This document shows, in pieces, positions 20,143-30,975 of a DNA stretch of 64,000 bases. Under the pieces are notes generated by a model. It was not told the DNA's origin and searched no databases. It saw only the letters and a program-made list of their open reading frames with translations. The translations under genes were made by a program, and so were the position numbers. The stretch covers positions 23,394 through 87,393 of the forward strand of contig JBPOIC010000018.1 in assembly GCA_052034865.1 (NCBI GenBank), written 5' to 3'. The stretch is from Myxococcota bacterium (GTDB lineage Bacteria > UBA10199 > JADFYH01). How positions within the stretch are numbered: the first letter of the stretch is position 1; every line of letters starts with the position of its first letter.

Positions 20143-20253
20143 AGTGAAAATCCTAATGGCTAAAAGTTTTAAGAATCTCAAGGGGAAAGTTTTTTGGTAA
20201 TGAAATCGTAAATAGAACGATTTGAGTCTACCATCCTTCAATCAAGAACTCGG

Positions 20254-21900
20254 TTAATTCTGTATTCGTTCCAAAATGGATTTCGTATCTACCTGCGAAG
20301 AAAGACTTCCAAAGCTTCTTCCCCAGTTTCCTTCAAGTCTTGAATGGCAAAAACCTTCTGAAAGGGTAGGGGGCGCAAAGCGGATCAGCAGCGAGGCCTG
20401 AAGTGCCAGAACGAGTTTCTCCACAAGACCGCGAAACTGCGATTCCATAAGGTTCTTATCGTTCAGCTCTTTGGTGAGAGCTGAAATGAACCTGTCGAAG
20501 CCACCAGACTGTCCTTTTGCCAAGGCAATTTCATTCCACAAAGCTTCCAAAGAATCAGGTTCTTTTTTCATGGCACGCGCCACATCCAGACAAATGACAT
20601 TGCCTGATCCTTCCCAAATCGAATTGACAGGCGCATCCCGATAAAGCCGCGCCAAAATGGTTTCTTCGACAATGCCGCTACCTCCAAAACATTCTAAAGC
20701 CTCGGTTACAAAGACGGGATTGCGTTTGCAGATCCAGTATTTTGAAATCGCGGTGGCGATCCGACGAAAAGAGGATTCTTCTGAATCCTGAGGAGCGTCA
20801 TAAGCACGAGCGAGTCTTAACATCAGCAGGGTGGCGGCTTCCGATTCGAGGGTGAGATCGGCCAATACATTTTGCATGAGAGAGTGATCGGTGAGTGTTT
20901 TTCCAAAGGCACGACGGTGTGTGCAGTGGTGAAAGGCCTGAAGCAAGGCATGACGCATCATTCCCGTTGAGCTGATCACACAGTCGAGGCGTGTGTGATT
21001 AACCATCTCGATAATCGTCGAAACGCCGCGCCCCTCATCTCCGACACGGTAAGCCCAGGCATTATCGAATTCGATTTCGCTAGAGGCATTCGAACGATTT
21101 CCTAATTTATCCTTCAGACGCTGGATAAAAAAATGATTCTTTTTCTCATCGGGCATCCATCGGGGAAGAAAAAAACAGGTGAGGCCTCCCGGAGCCTGCG
21201 CAAGAATCATAAAACCATCCGACATGGGGGCAGAGCAAAACCATTTATGACCGGTGACCCGATATTCGTGTGTGGATCCATCCAAGGGAACTGCAGTGCT
21301 CGTATTTGCGCGCACATCCGAGCCTCCCTGTTTTTCGGTCATTGCCATTCCCAAAATCACGCCCTGTTTTTTGGATGAAGGCTGAAAGCTGGAGTCGTAG
21401 GTGGTGGAGTAGATTTTTGGAATCCAGTGTTTGGCAAGGGTGGGTTCTTTTTGAAGAAGGGGAACGATGGAATACGTCATTGAAATTGGGCAGAGATGAC
21501 CATATTCATTTTGTCCTGCCAGCATCATCATCGCCGCGCGAGCTACATGGGCGCCTTTTTGCGGGACACTCCACGGAGCACTGTGGAGTCCGTAAGAGAC
21601 TGAAAGTCGCATGAGCTCATGCCAGGCCGGATGAAACTCGACCTCGTCGATGCGGTGCCCAAAACGATCGTGTGTTTTTAAAACCGGCGTGTACTGATTG
21701 GCCTGAAATCCCCATCGCTGGAGCTCTTCACTGCCCAGTCTTTTCCCGAGCTGCGAAAGTTTTTCTGATGCCCAGGCTGCCCCTTCTCGACGAATTCCTT
21801 CCTGAAGGGTTAGGTCGTTTGTAAACAGATTCGTGTTGCTCAGCGCAGGAGGCTGATTCAGAACTTCATGGGTTTTTCGAAAATGAAGGGCCTCAGACAT
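20254..21900 (-). CDS. AidB-like acyl-CoA dehydrogenase family protein
   Basis: 548 aa. Collinear with AidB blocks (FHPAWHELM, GMAMTEKQGGSDV, EVEF.DA, SIWEGSGNV.CLDV). Confidence 0.85.
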   Translation of the reverse strand: MSEALHFRKTHEVLNQPPALSNTNLFTNDLTLQEGIRREGAAWASEKLSQLGKRLGSEELQRWGFQANQYTPVLKTHDRFGHRIDEVEFHPAWHELMRLSVSYGLHSAPWSVPQKGAHVARAAMMMLAGQNEYGHLCPISMTYSIVPLLQKEPTLAKHWIPKIYSTTYDSSFQPSSKKQGVILGMAMTEKQGGSDVRANTSTAVPLDGSTHEYRVTGHKWFCSAPMSDGFMILAQAPGGLTCFFLPRWMPDEKKNHFFIQRLKDKLGNRSNASSEIEFDNAWAYRVGDEGRGVSTIIEMVNHTRLDCVISSTGMMRHALLQAFHHCTHRRAFGKTLTDHSLMQNVLADLTLESEAATLLMLRLARAYDAPQDSEESSFRRIATAISKYWICKRNPVFVTEALECFGGSGIVEETILARLYRDAPVNSIWEGSGNVICLDVARAMKKEPDSLEALWNEIALAKGQSGGFDRFISALTKELNDKNLMESQFRGLVEKLVLALQASLLIRFAPPTLSEGFCHSRLEGNWGRSFGSLSSQVDTKSILERIQN

Positions 21901-22054
21901 GGAAGGTCTCTCCTATGCAGAATGGTTTAAGGGATGGAAGAGCCTGTATATCCAAGGTTTAAAAGATTGAATATCGAATTATTGCCAGGCAATTGTGTGA
22001 ATCGAAAAAAAAGGAAAGTAGAAGACAGGTTGGAGATCATTCAGTAAGAAAGAA

Positions 22055-22366
22055 TCAGTTGTTAGGTCTCCATCTGAAAAACAAAACCAGAAAAGCGACC
22101 CCTGAAAATAAAATCAGATTGATCGTGTTATAAACCTTGAATACGAAATCGGGGGAAATCCAGGCGGCGGGTTGTATGCCGATCAGGCAGGAAAGGACAC
22201 CCAGAACCCATGCGAGGCTCAAGTCCTGAGAGGATTTACGCTTGAGGATGCGAATCATTAACGGAATATTAAACAGTGGAAGGGCAATAGAAGAGATATA
22301 ACCGATGCTTTCAATCCATTGAGTATGAGTCATATAAAATCTCCAGTTTTTATTTTTCAAATACAT
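22055..22366 (-). CDS. small 3-TM membrane protein, possibly SemiSWEET/PQ-loop family
   Basis: 103 aa (or 92 aa from the internal Met) with three hydrophobic helices. Resembles roughly 100-aa bacterial SemiSWEETs. Weak call. Confidence 0.4.
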   Translation of the reverse strand: MYLKNKNWRFYMTHTQWIESIGYISSIALPLFNIPLMIRILKRKSSQDLSLAWVLGVLSCLIGIQPAAWISPDFVFKVYNTINLILFSGVAFLVLFFRWRPNN

Positions 22367-22421
22367 TAGGAACTTTAAAATACTACACCAGGATTCACTT
22401 CAATGAGCAGTGGTCTTTAAA

Positions 22422-22877
22422 ATGAAAATTGTACTCCATAATCCTGAGATACCGCAAAACACAGGAAATATCGGTCGGCTTTGTGTGGCTACTCAAACCC
22501 CTCTTATACTTATTCGTCCGCTGGGATTTTTCTTGGATTCCAAACAGATTCGCCGCTCAGGTCTTGATTATTGGGAAAATCTTGATCTCACCGTCCTGGA
22601 TTCACTTTCCGAAGCCCGTGCGCAAAACCCTTCTTCCCGGTTTTGGCATCTAAGCACGCGAGGGAAAAAAGATTACACTCATGTTCAGTTTCAGTCCTCA
22701 GATATCTTAGTTTTTGGCTCGGAAGGTTCAGGTCTTCCATCAGAAGTATTCAAGCAATATCCTGAATCCATCCTTACGATTCCGATGTGGGGTCCTGTGA
22801 GGAGTCTTAACCTTGCTACCTCGGTAGGGATTGTTTTGTATGAAGGATACCGGCAGACAGGGTTTCGCCTAGCGTAA
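22422..22877 (+). CDS. trmL: tRNA (cytidine/uridine-2'-O)-methyltransferase TrmL (SpoU family)
   Basis: MKIVLHNPEIPQNTGNIGRLCVATQTPLILIRPLGFFLDSKQIRRSGLDYWE aligns closely with the TrmL N-terminus. Start taken at the second Met. Confidence 0.9.
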   Translation: MKIVLHNPEIPQNTGNIGRLCVATQTPLILIRPLGFFLDSKQIRRSGLDYWENLDLTVLDSLSEARAQNPSSRFWHLSTRGKKDYTHVQFQSSDILVFGSEGSGLPSEVFKQYPESILTIPMWGPVRSLNLATSVGIVLYEGYRQTGFRLA

Positions 22878-23816
22878 AAAATTCAAAACCTCTTTCGCCA
22901 GGGCTTCTGGTTGTTCATGGTGGAGCATGTGCCCACTCTCCGCAATCAAAGTGACCTTTGTACCTTTCGGAAATTTCTTTTGAAGTGGGGCGATCGCTTT
23001 TCGAAAAGATTTTCCTTCCGCCAGACGCTTAAACATGGGGCTTTCCTTGGCGGCAATCAGCAAGGTTTTAGCCTCGATTTTATTCCAGAATGCCTCAAAG
23101 AACTCAGGCGGCGTGATGTGTGGTTCAATGAGTTTATGGGTAGGATCCGCACTCATTTGATAGCCCCCGCGTACCTTGCGTGAAAGATGTTTGGCTAAAA
23201 AGAGCGCGCGTTCGGGTGTGAGGCGCGGATTTGAATCTCTCAGGCGCTTTGCAAAATCCTGAAGTGTTTTGTGAACCGGAAAGCTTGGACGCCCAATTTC
23301 ATCCAGCCATCGCCTGGAGCGCTCGGGACCGTCTTTAAAGGAGTAAGGCCTTAAGATAAATCCTTCGACATTGATCAAATGACTTATTTTTTCAGGGTAG
23401 ATCCCTGCATAGATCGAAAGAACAGCACCGCCCAGGGAGTGGGCCAGGACCTTCACTTTTTCATCCGGTGCGAGGGCATTGAGCAGGGCGTGAACATCCG
23501 CAATGTACTCGAAAAAAAATGAACCGAGAGGATTTTTAGGGTGGGAGCTTTTTCCGTATCCGCGCAGATCGGGAGCAATGCAATAAAAACGATCCTGTAG
23601 ATGCTTGACTAAAAAATCAAAACTGGCGCCAGAATCCAGCCAGCCATGAAATAAAAAAAGCTTGGGTTTTTTGGGATTTCCCCAGGTGTTGATATGGAAG
23701 GTGAGGTTGTTGAGAAGGAGTTTGTGAGAGTGCATGGCTTGAATGAAGCAACTTGTTTTGTTCGATGTGGATATTGATAAAACCTGGTAGTAAAAATGTT
23801 TAGTGATGAGTTTCAC
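22869..23816 (-). CDS. alpha/beta-fold hydrolase
   Basis: 315 aa. Nucleophile elbow AHSLGGA and an HGW oxyanion-region motif. GTG start overlaps the yjbQ stop (GTGA) with ggggag directly upstream, suggesting translational coupling. Alternative ATG at 23735. Confidence 0.75.
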   Translation of the reverse strand: MKLITKHFYYQVLSISTSNKTSCFIQAMHSHKLLLNNLTFHINTWGNPKKPKLFLFHGWLDSGASFDFLVKHLQDRFYCIAPDLRGYGKSSHPKNPLGSFFFEYIADVHALLNALAPDEKVKVLAHSLGGAVLSIYAGIYPEKISHLINVEGFILRPYSFKDGPERSRRWLDEIGRPSFPVHKTLQDFAKRLRDSNPRLTPERALFLAKHLSRKVRGGYQMSADPTHKLIEPHITPPEFFEAFWNKIEAKTLLIAAKESPMFKRLAEGKSFRKAIAPLQKKFPKGTKVTLIAESGHMLHHEQPEALAKEVLNFLR

Positions 23817-24250
23817 TCCCCAATGATCTTCACCAACACCCGTTTTCTTCTTCTCCCGTCAAACTCTCCATAAAAAATCTGCTCCCAGGGACCAAAGTCG
23901 AGCTTGCCTTGAGTGATGGCGACCACCACCTCGCGACCCATGAGCTGGCGTTTTAAATGGCCGTCGGCATTGTCTTCACCAGTATCATTGTGACGGTATT
24001 GCGAGATGGGTTCGTGGGGGGCGAGTTTTTCAAGCAGGACTTCAAAGTCGTGGTGCAGGCCGCGCTCATCATCGTTGATAAAAATGCTCGCGCTGATGTG
24101 CATGGCATTGACCAGACAGAGTCCTTCCTGAATGGTGCTCTTACTCAGCGCCGCCTCCACCTGCGGGGTTAGGTTGATAAAAGCCCTGCGAGTTTTGGTC
24201 TCGATCCAGATTTCTTCGCGATAAGATTTCATAAGACGCTCCATTATCAT
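23813..24250 (-). CDS. yjbQ: YjbQ-family (UPF0047) secondary thiamine-phosphate synthase-like protein
   Basis: Collinear with YjbQ (...[19 protein letters not shown]...[12 protein letters not shown]...[35 protein letters not shown]). True start may be the Met at 24232. Confidence 0.85.
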   Translation of the reverse strand: MIMERLMKSYREEIWIETKTRRAFINLTPQVEAALSKSTIQEGLCLVNAMHISASIFINDDERGLHHDFEVLLEKLAPHEPISQYRHNDTGEDNADGHLKRQLMGREVVVAITQGKLDFGPWEQIFYGEFDGRRRKRVLVKIIGE

Positions 24251-24312
24251 CCAACTTCTTCGCTCTAGTAATTTAGATGACTTAAAGAATGGGCGTCCAG
24301 AGTTATCTGTTT

Positions 24313-24810
24313 TTACGAATTTGGAATTGAAGATGAGTCCGAAGGTTTTTTTGATGCAAATAAGGAGTAGCCACCCAAAATAAGTGCGGAGGAGGCTCCG
24401 CGGGAGGGTAGAATGCCCAGGACGCCAATCACCATCATGGCAGCGCCTACCAAGGGCCAGAAGCGAGCATGTTTGGGCTTGGAATGATCTTTAAAAGCAG
24501 GCGCGGGATTAGGGAAGACAGGTATTTTTTTATGGGAGCAGAGTATGTGAGGCCTCATCGTTGCCATGTTCGATCCATCTGTGTTTCCGATGATAAACAG
24601 TGAAGCCCTTATTTCATCTTTTGGAAATGGTAACAAAAGATAGGTTTGCAAATTTTCTTGTGCCTTAATACGGATTTCCTCAGTTTTGGGTACCCTATCC
24701 ATTTCTACGCATTTTTCTGAGGCGCCTTTGATAAATCCCTCCACATAGGTAAATTGGCCTAAAATTGTTTTCTCACGAGGAATTTCTAAAACATTCGAGG
24801 TACTTCTCAT
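24313..24810 (-). CDS. hypothetical protein with C-terminal membrane helix
   Basis: 165 aa ORF. C-terminal hydrophobic segment [18 protein letters not shown]. No recognisable domain. Confidence 0.4.
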   Translation of the reverse strand: MRSTSNVLEIPREKTILGQFTYVEGFIKGASEKCVEMDRVPKTEEIRIKAQENLQTYLLLPFPKDEIRASLFIIGNTDGSNMATMRPHILCSHKKIPVFPNPAPAFKDHSKPKHARFWPLVGAAMMVIGVLGILPSRGASSALILGGYSLFASKKPSDSSSIPNS

Positions 24811-25039
24811 CTTTTCTTTCCTTTAAATTGCACCCCTACAATCAGGCAAAAAATACCCATGAGGGTGCGTTTCCAAGAAACTGATACAATAAAAAACTTG
24901 GAGAATGGTTTGTGAGTTAAAGTTTCTACCCGATGTGTTTTTCGACTTTTGTTTTAAAAATGTTGCGTAAAAAATGTGAAGGGTTGGCAAGTATTGTCTT
25001 ATAGAGGATTAGCGGGCGGTAGAAAAAATATGGGTGATT

Positions 25040-25741
25040 TCAGAGGCTTGGTGGGGGAGGCCAAATTTCCTTTTTGAGCTGCCCCACAAACCGGTCGGCT
25101 TCACGGGTGGGTTTTGGAATCCGAAATCCGCTGTCACATTGGCGAGTGATCTCAACTGCAGTTTTTAAACTAATTTTATGACCTGGCGAAATAAACACCG
25201 GTTTAACCCCTTCGCGCATTCTTAAAGCAATGCCGACTTCTTGGCCTTTGTAGGTTAAGGAAGAGCTGCTTCCATTTTCCAAAGCGGGTTCGGTGTAGGT
25301 TCCGCAAAGAAGAGATTTCGCACATCCAATCGTCGGAAGATTTAAAATCAGTCCCATGTGACTGGCGATACCCAATCTTCTGGGATGAGCAATGCCCTGG
25401 CCATCAAAAATAATCAGATCTGGAAACTTCTTTAATTTTTCGAAGGCTTTCAAAAGGATGGGACATTCCCGAAATGAAAGAAGACCTGGAATATAAGGAA
25501 ATCGAAGAGGGGCCGTTGAAAAAACTCGATCGATTTCTTTGAGGATTGGAAATTCATACATAATAATCCCTGCCACGGCTTCATCTCCATTTGGACTCAA
25601 CGCAACATCGGCTCCAGCAATCATCCTGACTTCTGTGTCCGAATCTTCAAGAATCAATTGTTTTGAAAGCTCTTTTTGCAGCTCGATGGCCGCTGGAATC
25701 GACAAATTCCAGTTTGTTTGACTTTTTGAAATCAAGCTCAT
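25040..25741 (-). CDS. nfi: endonuclease V
   Basis: 233 aa. Blocks IAGADVA, YIPGLLSFRE.P, FDGQGIAHPRRLGIASHMG and PTIGCAKS match Nfi. Confidence 0.9.
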   Translation of the reverse strand: MSLISKSQTNWNLSIPAAIELQKELSKQLILEDSDTEVRMIAGADVALSPNGDEAVAGIIMYEFPILKEIDRVFSTAPLRFPYIPGLLSFRECPILLKAFEKLKKFPDLIIFDGQGIAHPRRLGIASHMGLILNLPTIGCAKSLLCGTYTEPALENGSSSSLTYKGQEVGIALRMREGVKPVFISPGHKISLKTAVEITRQCDSGFRIPKPTREADRFVGQLKKEIWPPPPSL

Positions 25742-25788
25742 ACTTACAAACGAACATGAATTTTAAAAGAAATCCACAGGGAGTCCGG

Positions 25789-26145
25789 ATGAGACCTTCT
25801 TTTCTTCTCTTTCTATCTCTTGCGCTTGTTTCATCGATGGGTTTTGCTGAATCCAGGCCCAAAACTCCTGAACCTACAGAAGTCTTTTCAAAAACTTCTG
25901 CTGCTTTTTGTAACAAGATGGATCAGTGCTCTTCCGAAAAGATTTCCCAAAAAAATTGTGTGGTTCAGATGCAGGACGCTTTTGAGCAAATCTATCGTGG
26001 ACTATCCGAAAATAAAAAAACTGAGGTTCAAAATGCCCAGGTGTCCCAGTGTGTAAAAAGTATTCAAAAAACTCCCTGCGAAGCCCTCAAAAGCGCTCAA
26101 AAACTCGAAGGGTGTGAATTCATCGAAAAACTGAATGGATTGTAA
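25789..26145 (+). CDS. small secreted Cys-rich protein
   Basis: Start at the ATG 25789 (ggag RBS) gives a signal peptide MRPSFLLFLSLALVSSMGFA followed by a six-Cys domain. Only 21 nt upstream of trpE. Confidence 0.5.
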   Translation: MRPSFLLFLSLALVSSMGFAESRPKTPEPTEVFSKTSAAFCNKMDQCSSEKISQKNCVVQMQDAFEQIYRGLSENKKTEVQNAQVSQCVKSIQKTPCEALKSAQKLEGCEFIEKLNGL

Positions 26146-26166
26146 TGCAAAATTTTTGTCAGAGAA

Positions 26167-27678
26167 ATGCCTCTGAGAAAACATCTCCCCATGCCTCTCT
26201 CATTTTCTGAATTTAAAAAAGCCAGTCTCCAGGGAAATCTCATCACGCTTTGTGAGCCGATCCCTGCCGATCTCGATACGCCCGTTTCCGCATACCTGCG
26301 CCTAGAAAAAGAAACTCACTCTTTTTTGCTCGAAAGCATGGAGGGGGGTGAGCGTTGGGGCCGCTACAGTTTTTTAGGATCCAATCCGCTTTTTGTGCTG
26401 CAATCCCAGGCCCAGCGATGGACGCTTAAGCGTCGGGGAGAAGGCAAAAAAATAGAAACAGGGACCGGAGATTTACTTTTGCGTCTGAAAGAGGAAATGG
26501 CGAGATTTACACTCGTTCCCGATCCTTCTTTACCCAAGCTTTGCGGAGGTGCGGTCGGGTATCTGGGTTACGACACCATACGACATATCGAAAAAATCCC
26601 GGATTACAAGCACCCAGCCCATCCTTTTCCCGAAAGTTATTTTGCTTTGTATGATCACTTGATCATCTTCGATAACTTGCGACATTGCGCTTTTGTCGTC
26701 GTGAATTCTTATCTTGATGGAAAAGAAAGTCTTCGAAAATGTTATGACAGGGCGCTTCGCCAGCTTGAAAAAATGAAGCGCCAGTTTCATCAAGTCCCGT
26801 CGCGATCTTCTTTGCTTTCCAGAGCTAGAAAATCAAAACCGTTGCGCTGGAAAACTTCGATGACCGAAAAAGCTTATGGCGATGCTGTTTTGCGGGCACA
26901 AGAATACATCAAGGCCGGTGATGTTTTTCAGGTTGTGCTTTCATCCCGTTGGGAGGCTGAGGTAACCCTTAATCCTCTTCAGCTTTATCGTGCATTGCGC
27001 GCACTCAATCCTTCTCCGTATCTTTTTTGTTTAAAGATGGATGATCGTGCGCTGGTGGGCTCATCTCCCGAAGTGATGGTTCGACTTGAAGGCCGCAAGG
27101 CGACGCTCAGGCCGATTGCCGGGACAAGGCCTCGCAGTCAGAATTCAGATGAAGATGCCCAGCTCGAGAAAGAAATGCTCGCCGATCCCAAAGAGCGTGC
27201 CGAGCACATTATGCTCGTCGATCTGGGAAGAAATGATCTTGGACGGGTGAGTGAGCCAGGTACGGTGCGGGTGACTGATCTTATGAAAGTCGAGCGCTAT
27301 TCGCATGTCATGCATATCGTTTCGAATGTCGAAGGCATCCTCAGAAAAGATCAAGATGCCTTTGATTTGGTGCGAGCATCTTTTCCGGCCGGCACTTTGA
27401 GTGGCTCCCCCAAGATTCGGGCAATGGAAATCATCGAGGAGCTTGAACCTGTTAAGCGTGGGCCTTATGGAGGATGCGTCGGTTATATTGATTTTGCGGG
27501 AAATATGGATATGGCCATTACCATTCGCTCTGTCGCCCTGAATAAAAAACAGCTGACATTGCAGGCCGGTGCCGGGATTGTTTACGATTCGGTTCCAAAA
27601 AATGAATACCAGGAATGTCAAAACAAGGCGCGAGCCATGATGGAAGCGGTTAAGCAGGTGGTGGGAGGTGGATTGTGA
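26167..27678 (+). CDS. trpE: anthranilate synthase component I
   Basis: 503 aa. Chorismate-binding blocks (...[15 protein letters not shown]..., ...[18 protein letters not shown]..., ...GGCVGY...[10 protein letters not shown]...). Confidence 0.95.
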   Translation: MPLRKHLPMPLSFSEFKKASLQGNLITLCEPIPADLDTPVSAYLRLEKETHSFLLESMEGGERWGRYSFLGSNPLFVLQSQAQRWTLKRRGEGKKIETGTGDLLLRLKEEMARFTLVPDPSLPKLCGGAVGYLGYDTIRHIEKIPDYKHPAHPFPESYFALYDHLIIFDNLRHCAFVVVNSYLDGKESLRKCYDRALRQLEKMKRQFHQVPSRSSLLSRARKSKPLRWKTSMTEKAYGDAVLRAQEYIKAGDVFQVVLSSRWEAEVTLNPLQLYRALRALNPSPYLFCLKMDDRALVGSSPEVMVRLEGRKATLRPIAGTRPRSQNSDEDAQLEKEMLADPKERAEHIMLVDLGRNDLGRVSEPGTVRVTDLMKVERYSHVMHIVSNVEGILRKDQDAFDLVRASFPAGTLSGSPKIRAMEIIEELEPVKRGPYGGCVGYIDFAGNMDMAITIRSVALNKKQLTLQAGAGIVYDSVPKNEYQECQNKARAMMEAVKQVVGGGL

Positions 27679-28241
27679 TTCTAATGATCGATAATTACGA
27701 CTCCTTCACCTACAACCTTGTTCAGTATCTTGCCGAGCTGGGTGAAGACGTGCGCGTCTACCGAAATGATCAGATCATACTCGAAGAAATCCAGCGTTTA
27801 AATCCTGCCAAAATCGTTATTTCACCAGGCCCTTGTACTCCGAATGAAGCGGGGATTTCCTTAAGTTTAGTGGAGAAGTTTGCCGGAAAAATTCCTCTAT
27901 TGGGTGTTTGTTTGGGACATCAAACCATTGGTCAGGTTTTTGGTGGTAAGATCGTGCGTGCCCCACGCATCATGCATGGAAAAACCTCGCCTATTCATCA
28001 CGATGGAAAAACGATATTTCAGAATCTGTCCAATCCCTTCGAAGCCACACGTTATCATTCGCTAGTTATCGATCCACCTTCACTCCCTGCCTGTCTGGAA
28101 GTGAGCGCGTGGACGAAAGAAGGCGAGATCATGGCCGTTCGGCATCGTGAATTTTTGGTGGAGGGCGTTCAGTTCCATCCAGAGTCTATCCTGACAGTCG
28201 AAGGAAAGAAGCTGCTTCAGAATTTTTTGAGGCGGGGCTAG
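27675..28241 (+). CDS. trpG: anthranilate synthase component II (glutamine amidotransferase)
   Basis: 188 aa. GATase class I triad context GVCLGHQ...HHD...FHPES. Start overlaps the trpE stop. Confidence 0.95.
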   Translation: MILMIDNYDSFTYNLVQYLAELGEDVRVYRNDQIILEEIQRLNPAKIVISPGPCTPNEAGISLSLVEKFAGKIPLLGVCLGHQTIGQVFGGKIVRAPRIMHGKTSPIHHDGKTIFQNLSNPFEATRYHSLVIDPPSLPACLEVSAWTKEGEIMAVRHREFLVEGVQFHPESILTVEGKKLLQNFLRRG

Positions 28242-28272
28242 GCTTGTTTCGGATCGGTTTATTTAAAATATC

Positions 28273-29343
28273 ATGATCAAGGCAGCTCTTAAAAAAATTG
28301 TACAAGGTCTGGAAATTGAGCGTGAAGAAATGACCGCCGTGATGAGTTCTATTTTACTGGGAGGCAATGAAGCTGCAACATCCGATCAGGTAGGTGCTTT
28401 TTTGATGGGTCTTGCCACTCGAAAAGAAAAAAGCAGTGAAATTCTTTCGGTCCTTCAATTTGTCCTTGAGCAGCAAATTTCCTCACCCATCCGTCAAATT
28501 TCAAATGTAATCGATCTTTGTGGTACGGGAGGAGACGGAGGAAAAACTTTTAATGTTTCCACCTGTGCGGCGCTCATTGCCGCGGCAGCTGGTGTTTTGG
28601 TTGCAAAGCACGGCAATCGGGCTTTTTCTTCTGCTTGCGGGAGCGCCGATGTCGCCGAAGTTTTGGGAATTCCGATTCAACTTTCTCCTGAGCTCGCAGC
28701 GGAATGCTTGCGCCAAACAAATTTTGTTTTTCTTTTTGCTCCTGCGTACAATCCTGTTCTGGCGGCTGTTTCACAGGTGCGTCGAAATTTAGGAATTCGC
28801 ACGATCTTTAATCTGATCGGTCCCCTTGCCAATCCAGCCCGCGTGAAACGTCAGGTTCTGGGCGTTTCTGATTCCACGCTGCTTTTACTTTATGCCGAAA
28901 TCTTGTGCGATTTGAATGTCGACCATGCCCTGATTGTGCAGGGAGAGGATGGGCTCGATGAAGTCTCACTGATTGCATCCACTCGATGTGTTGAAATTCG
29001 AAAAGGACAAAAAAGTGATTTTATACTGAACCCTCGCGACTTGGGATTTTCTCTCTGTGCGCCCCATGAGATCGCCGGCAAAGATCGTTATCACAATGCC
29101 CAGATCATCGAAGCGGTGTTGAGCGGTAAAGATCGCTCTCCTTACCGATCTGTCTCCATTCTAAATGCTGCGATCGCTCTGTCTGTTTCTCCCCTATTCG
29201 ATGAAATTCAGACCCCCTCAGATCGGCTGAAGAAACTGATTCAAATGGCAGAGGAAGCGGTTGATTCCGGAAGAGCATTAGAAACCTTACAAAAACTCCG
29301 ATCCTTCAAAGCTCAGCATGAACTACCAAAACACCCTTCTTGA
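28273..29343 (+). CDS. trpD: anthranilate phosphoribosyltransferase
   Basis: 356 aa. GTGGDG phosphate-binding loop and ...KHGNRA.SS..GSADVLE.LG.... Confidence 0.95.
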   Translation: MIKAALKKIVQGLEIEREEMTAVMSSILLGGNEAATSDQVGAFLMGLATRKEKSSEILSVLQFVLEQQISSPIRQISNVIDLCGTGGDGGKTFNVSTCAALIAAAAGVLVAKHGNRAFSSACGSADVAEVLGIPIQLSPELAAECLRQTNFVFLFAPAYNPVLAAVSQVRRNLGIRTIFNLIGPLANPARVKRQVLGVSDSTLLLLYAEILCDLNVDHALIVQGEDGLDEVSLIASTRCVEIRKGQKSDFILNPRDLGFSLCAPHEIAGKDRYHNAQIIEAVLSGKDRSPYRSVSILNAAIALSVSPLFDEIQTPSDRLKKLIQMAEEAVDSGRALETLQKLRSFKAQHELPKHPS

Positions 29344-30133
29344 AAAAATCGTTCAAACCAAAAAAGAAGAAATCGCTTCTGGAAAATTGCGTGAGAGTCT
29401 TCAGGACTTGCGCAATCGCTGTCGTGATGCAGAGCTCACACGCTCTTTTGTCAAAATGTTCGATCCTTCCTTTTTGTCTCATGAACTTCCTCAAACGCGG
29501 ATTATCGCCGAGATCAAAAAAGCTTCTCCCTCCGCTGGACTCATTCGACCCGATTTCGATCCGGTTCGCCTCGCGCATACGTATGTTGACGCTGGGGCGG
29601 CCGCGATCTCCGTCCTCACCGATACCGTTTATTTTCAGGGATCGCTTTCCGACTTACAATCGGTCCGCAAAGTCAGCCCCCGTCCGGTTTTAAGAAAAGA
29701 TTTCATGATCGACCCTTACCAGATTTATGAAGCGCGGGCTTATGGCGCGGATTGTATTCTGGCGATCGTGGCCATTCTTGAAAAACAGCAGTTGATTGAT
29801 TTGTGCGGCCTGGCGAATGAATTGGGAATGGCCTCGCTCATTGAAGTTCACAACGAGGAAGAAACGCGTGTTGCTCTTCAGGTCGATCAGCCACAAGTGC
29901 TTTTGGGGGTGAATAATCGCGATTTAAAAACGCTTAAAATTGATTTGAAAACGACCGAGCGTTTGCGAAAACTGATTCCTTCCAAAAAAACTGTGATTGC
30001 GGAAAGTGGGATTTCCAACCGAAAGGAAATCGAGCATTATCTTTCTCAGGGCGTGAGTGGTTTTTTGATTGGTGAAGTGTTGATGAAAGAGAAAAATATT
30101 CGCGCGAAGTTTGATGAGCTGTTGGGAAGGTAG
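29318..30133 (+). CDS. trpC: indole-3-glycerol-phosphate synthase
   Basis: 271 aa. ...IAEIKKASPS.G.I..DFDP..., ...LIEVHNEEE..., ...GVNNRDLKT.... Confidence 0.9.
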   Translation: MNYQNTLLEKIVQTKKEEIASGKLRESLQDLRNRCRDAELTRSFVKMFDPSFLSHELPQTRIIAEIKKASPSAGLIRPDFDPVRLAHTYVDAGAAAISVLTDTVYFQGSLSDLQSVRKVSPRPVLRKDFMIDPYQIYEARAYGADCILAIVAILEKQQLIDLCGLANELGMASLIEVHNEEETRVALQVDQPQVLLGVNNRDLKTLKIDLKTTERLRKLIPSKKTVIAESGISNRKEIEHYLSQGVSGFLIGEVLMKEKNIRAKFDELLGR

Positions 30134-30164
30134 GCTCATCCTTATAACAAAAAGGAATTTCAAG

Positions 30165-30815
30165 GTGTCATCCCCTCTTATTAAAATTTGCGGTTTAACC
30201 AATCTCGAAGATACCCTCGCTGCGATCGATCTCGGAGCCGATCTTCTGGGTTTTAATTTTTACCCCGACTCTCCGCGCTATCTTTCGTGGGAAAAGGCTT
30301 TAAAAATATTTGATGAAATTCCAACCAATATTCCGAAGGTGGGTGTGTTTGTGAATGCGAATTTGCAGGGAGTGATCGACTACACCTGCGAGCTAGGGCT
30401 GGATTATATTCAGTTCCACGGCGATGAGACACCCGAATTCTGTAATGAGGTGGGGCATCCGTGGTTCAAGGCGTTTCGTCTTTCCGGTCCTGAGGTTCTT
30501 CAGCAGATTCGTTCCTATGAGTGTGATTGGGTTTTGATCGATGCCTATCAGAAAAATTCTTATGGAGGAACAGGTGCAAAGGCCGACTGGAGTCTGGCAC
30601 GACAGGTAAAGGAGACTTGCAGACAAGTCATTCTTGCGGGAGGGTTGGATCCGGACAACGTGCAGGTGGCAATTGCCAGCGTTCAGCCCTTTGGTGTGGA
30701 TGTGGCCAGTGGGGTTGAGAAAAAACCAGGAATCAAGGATCACAGGAAGATGGAATTGTTTATTCAGAGGGCGAAGTCGGTGGCGGTAAGATTGGTTCCT
30801 GACGGGGACCTCTAA
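30165..30815 (+). CDS. trpF: phosphoribosylanthranilate isomerase
   Basis: GTG start with aaggaa RBS gives VSSPLIKICGLTNLEDTLAAIDLGADLLGFNFYPDSPRY, the TrpF N-terminal signature. The ORF track's longer start at 30111 overlaps trpC. Confidence 0.85.
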   Translation: MSSPLIKICGLTNLEDTLAAIDLGADLLGFNFYPDSPRYLSWEKALKIFDEIPTNIPKVGVFVNANLQGVIDYTCELGLDYIQFHGDETPEFCNEVGHPWFKAFRLSGPEVLQQIRSYECDWVLIDAYQKNSYGGTGAKADWSLARQVKETCRQVILAGGLDPDNVQVAIASVQPFGVDVASGVEKKPGIKDHRKMELFIQRAKSVAVRLVPDGDL

Positions 30816-30975
30816 AAATTCCCCATTGGCGGCGTTCCCCGCTTCACCTGCACCTTGCGATTTAATGTAGGGTGTATTGCAATACGCCCCTAATACTGGG
30901 TTTGTGGGCGACTTGCCACTGGAGTTTTTCTGAGGCCCATTAAAAAATGAATATAGAGAGATGAGCTGATAAAGA

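Noticed and set aside
30870-30889. Hairpin after trpF as the trp operon intrinsic terminator
   Set aside because: Perfect 8-10 bp stem (gggtgtat-tgca-atacgccc) but no U-tract on either strand, so it does not qualify as a canonical rho-independent terminator.
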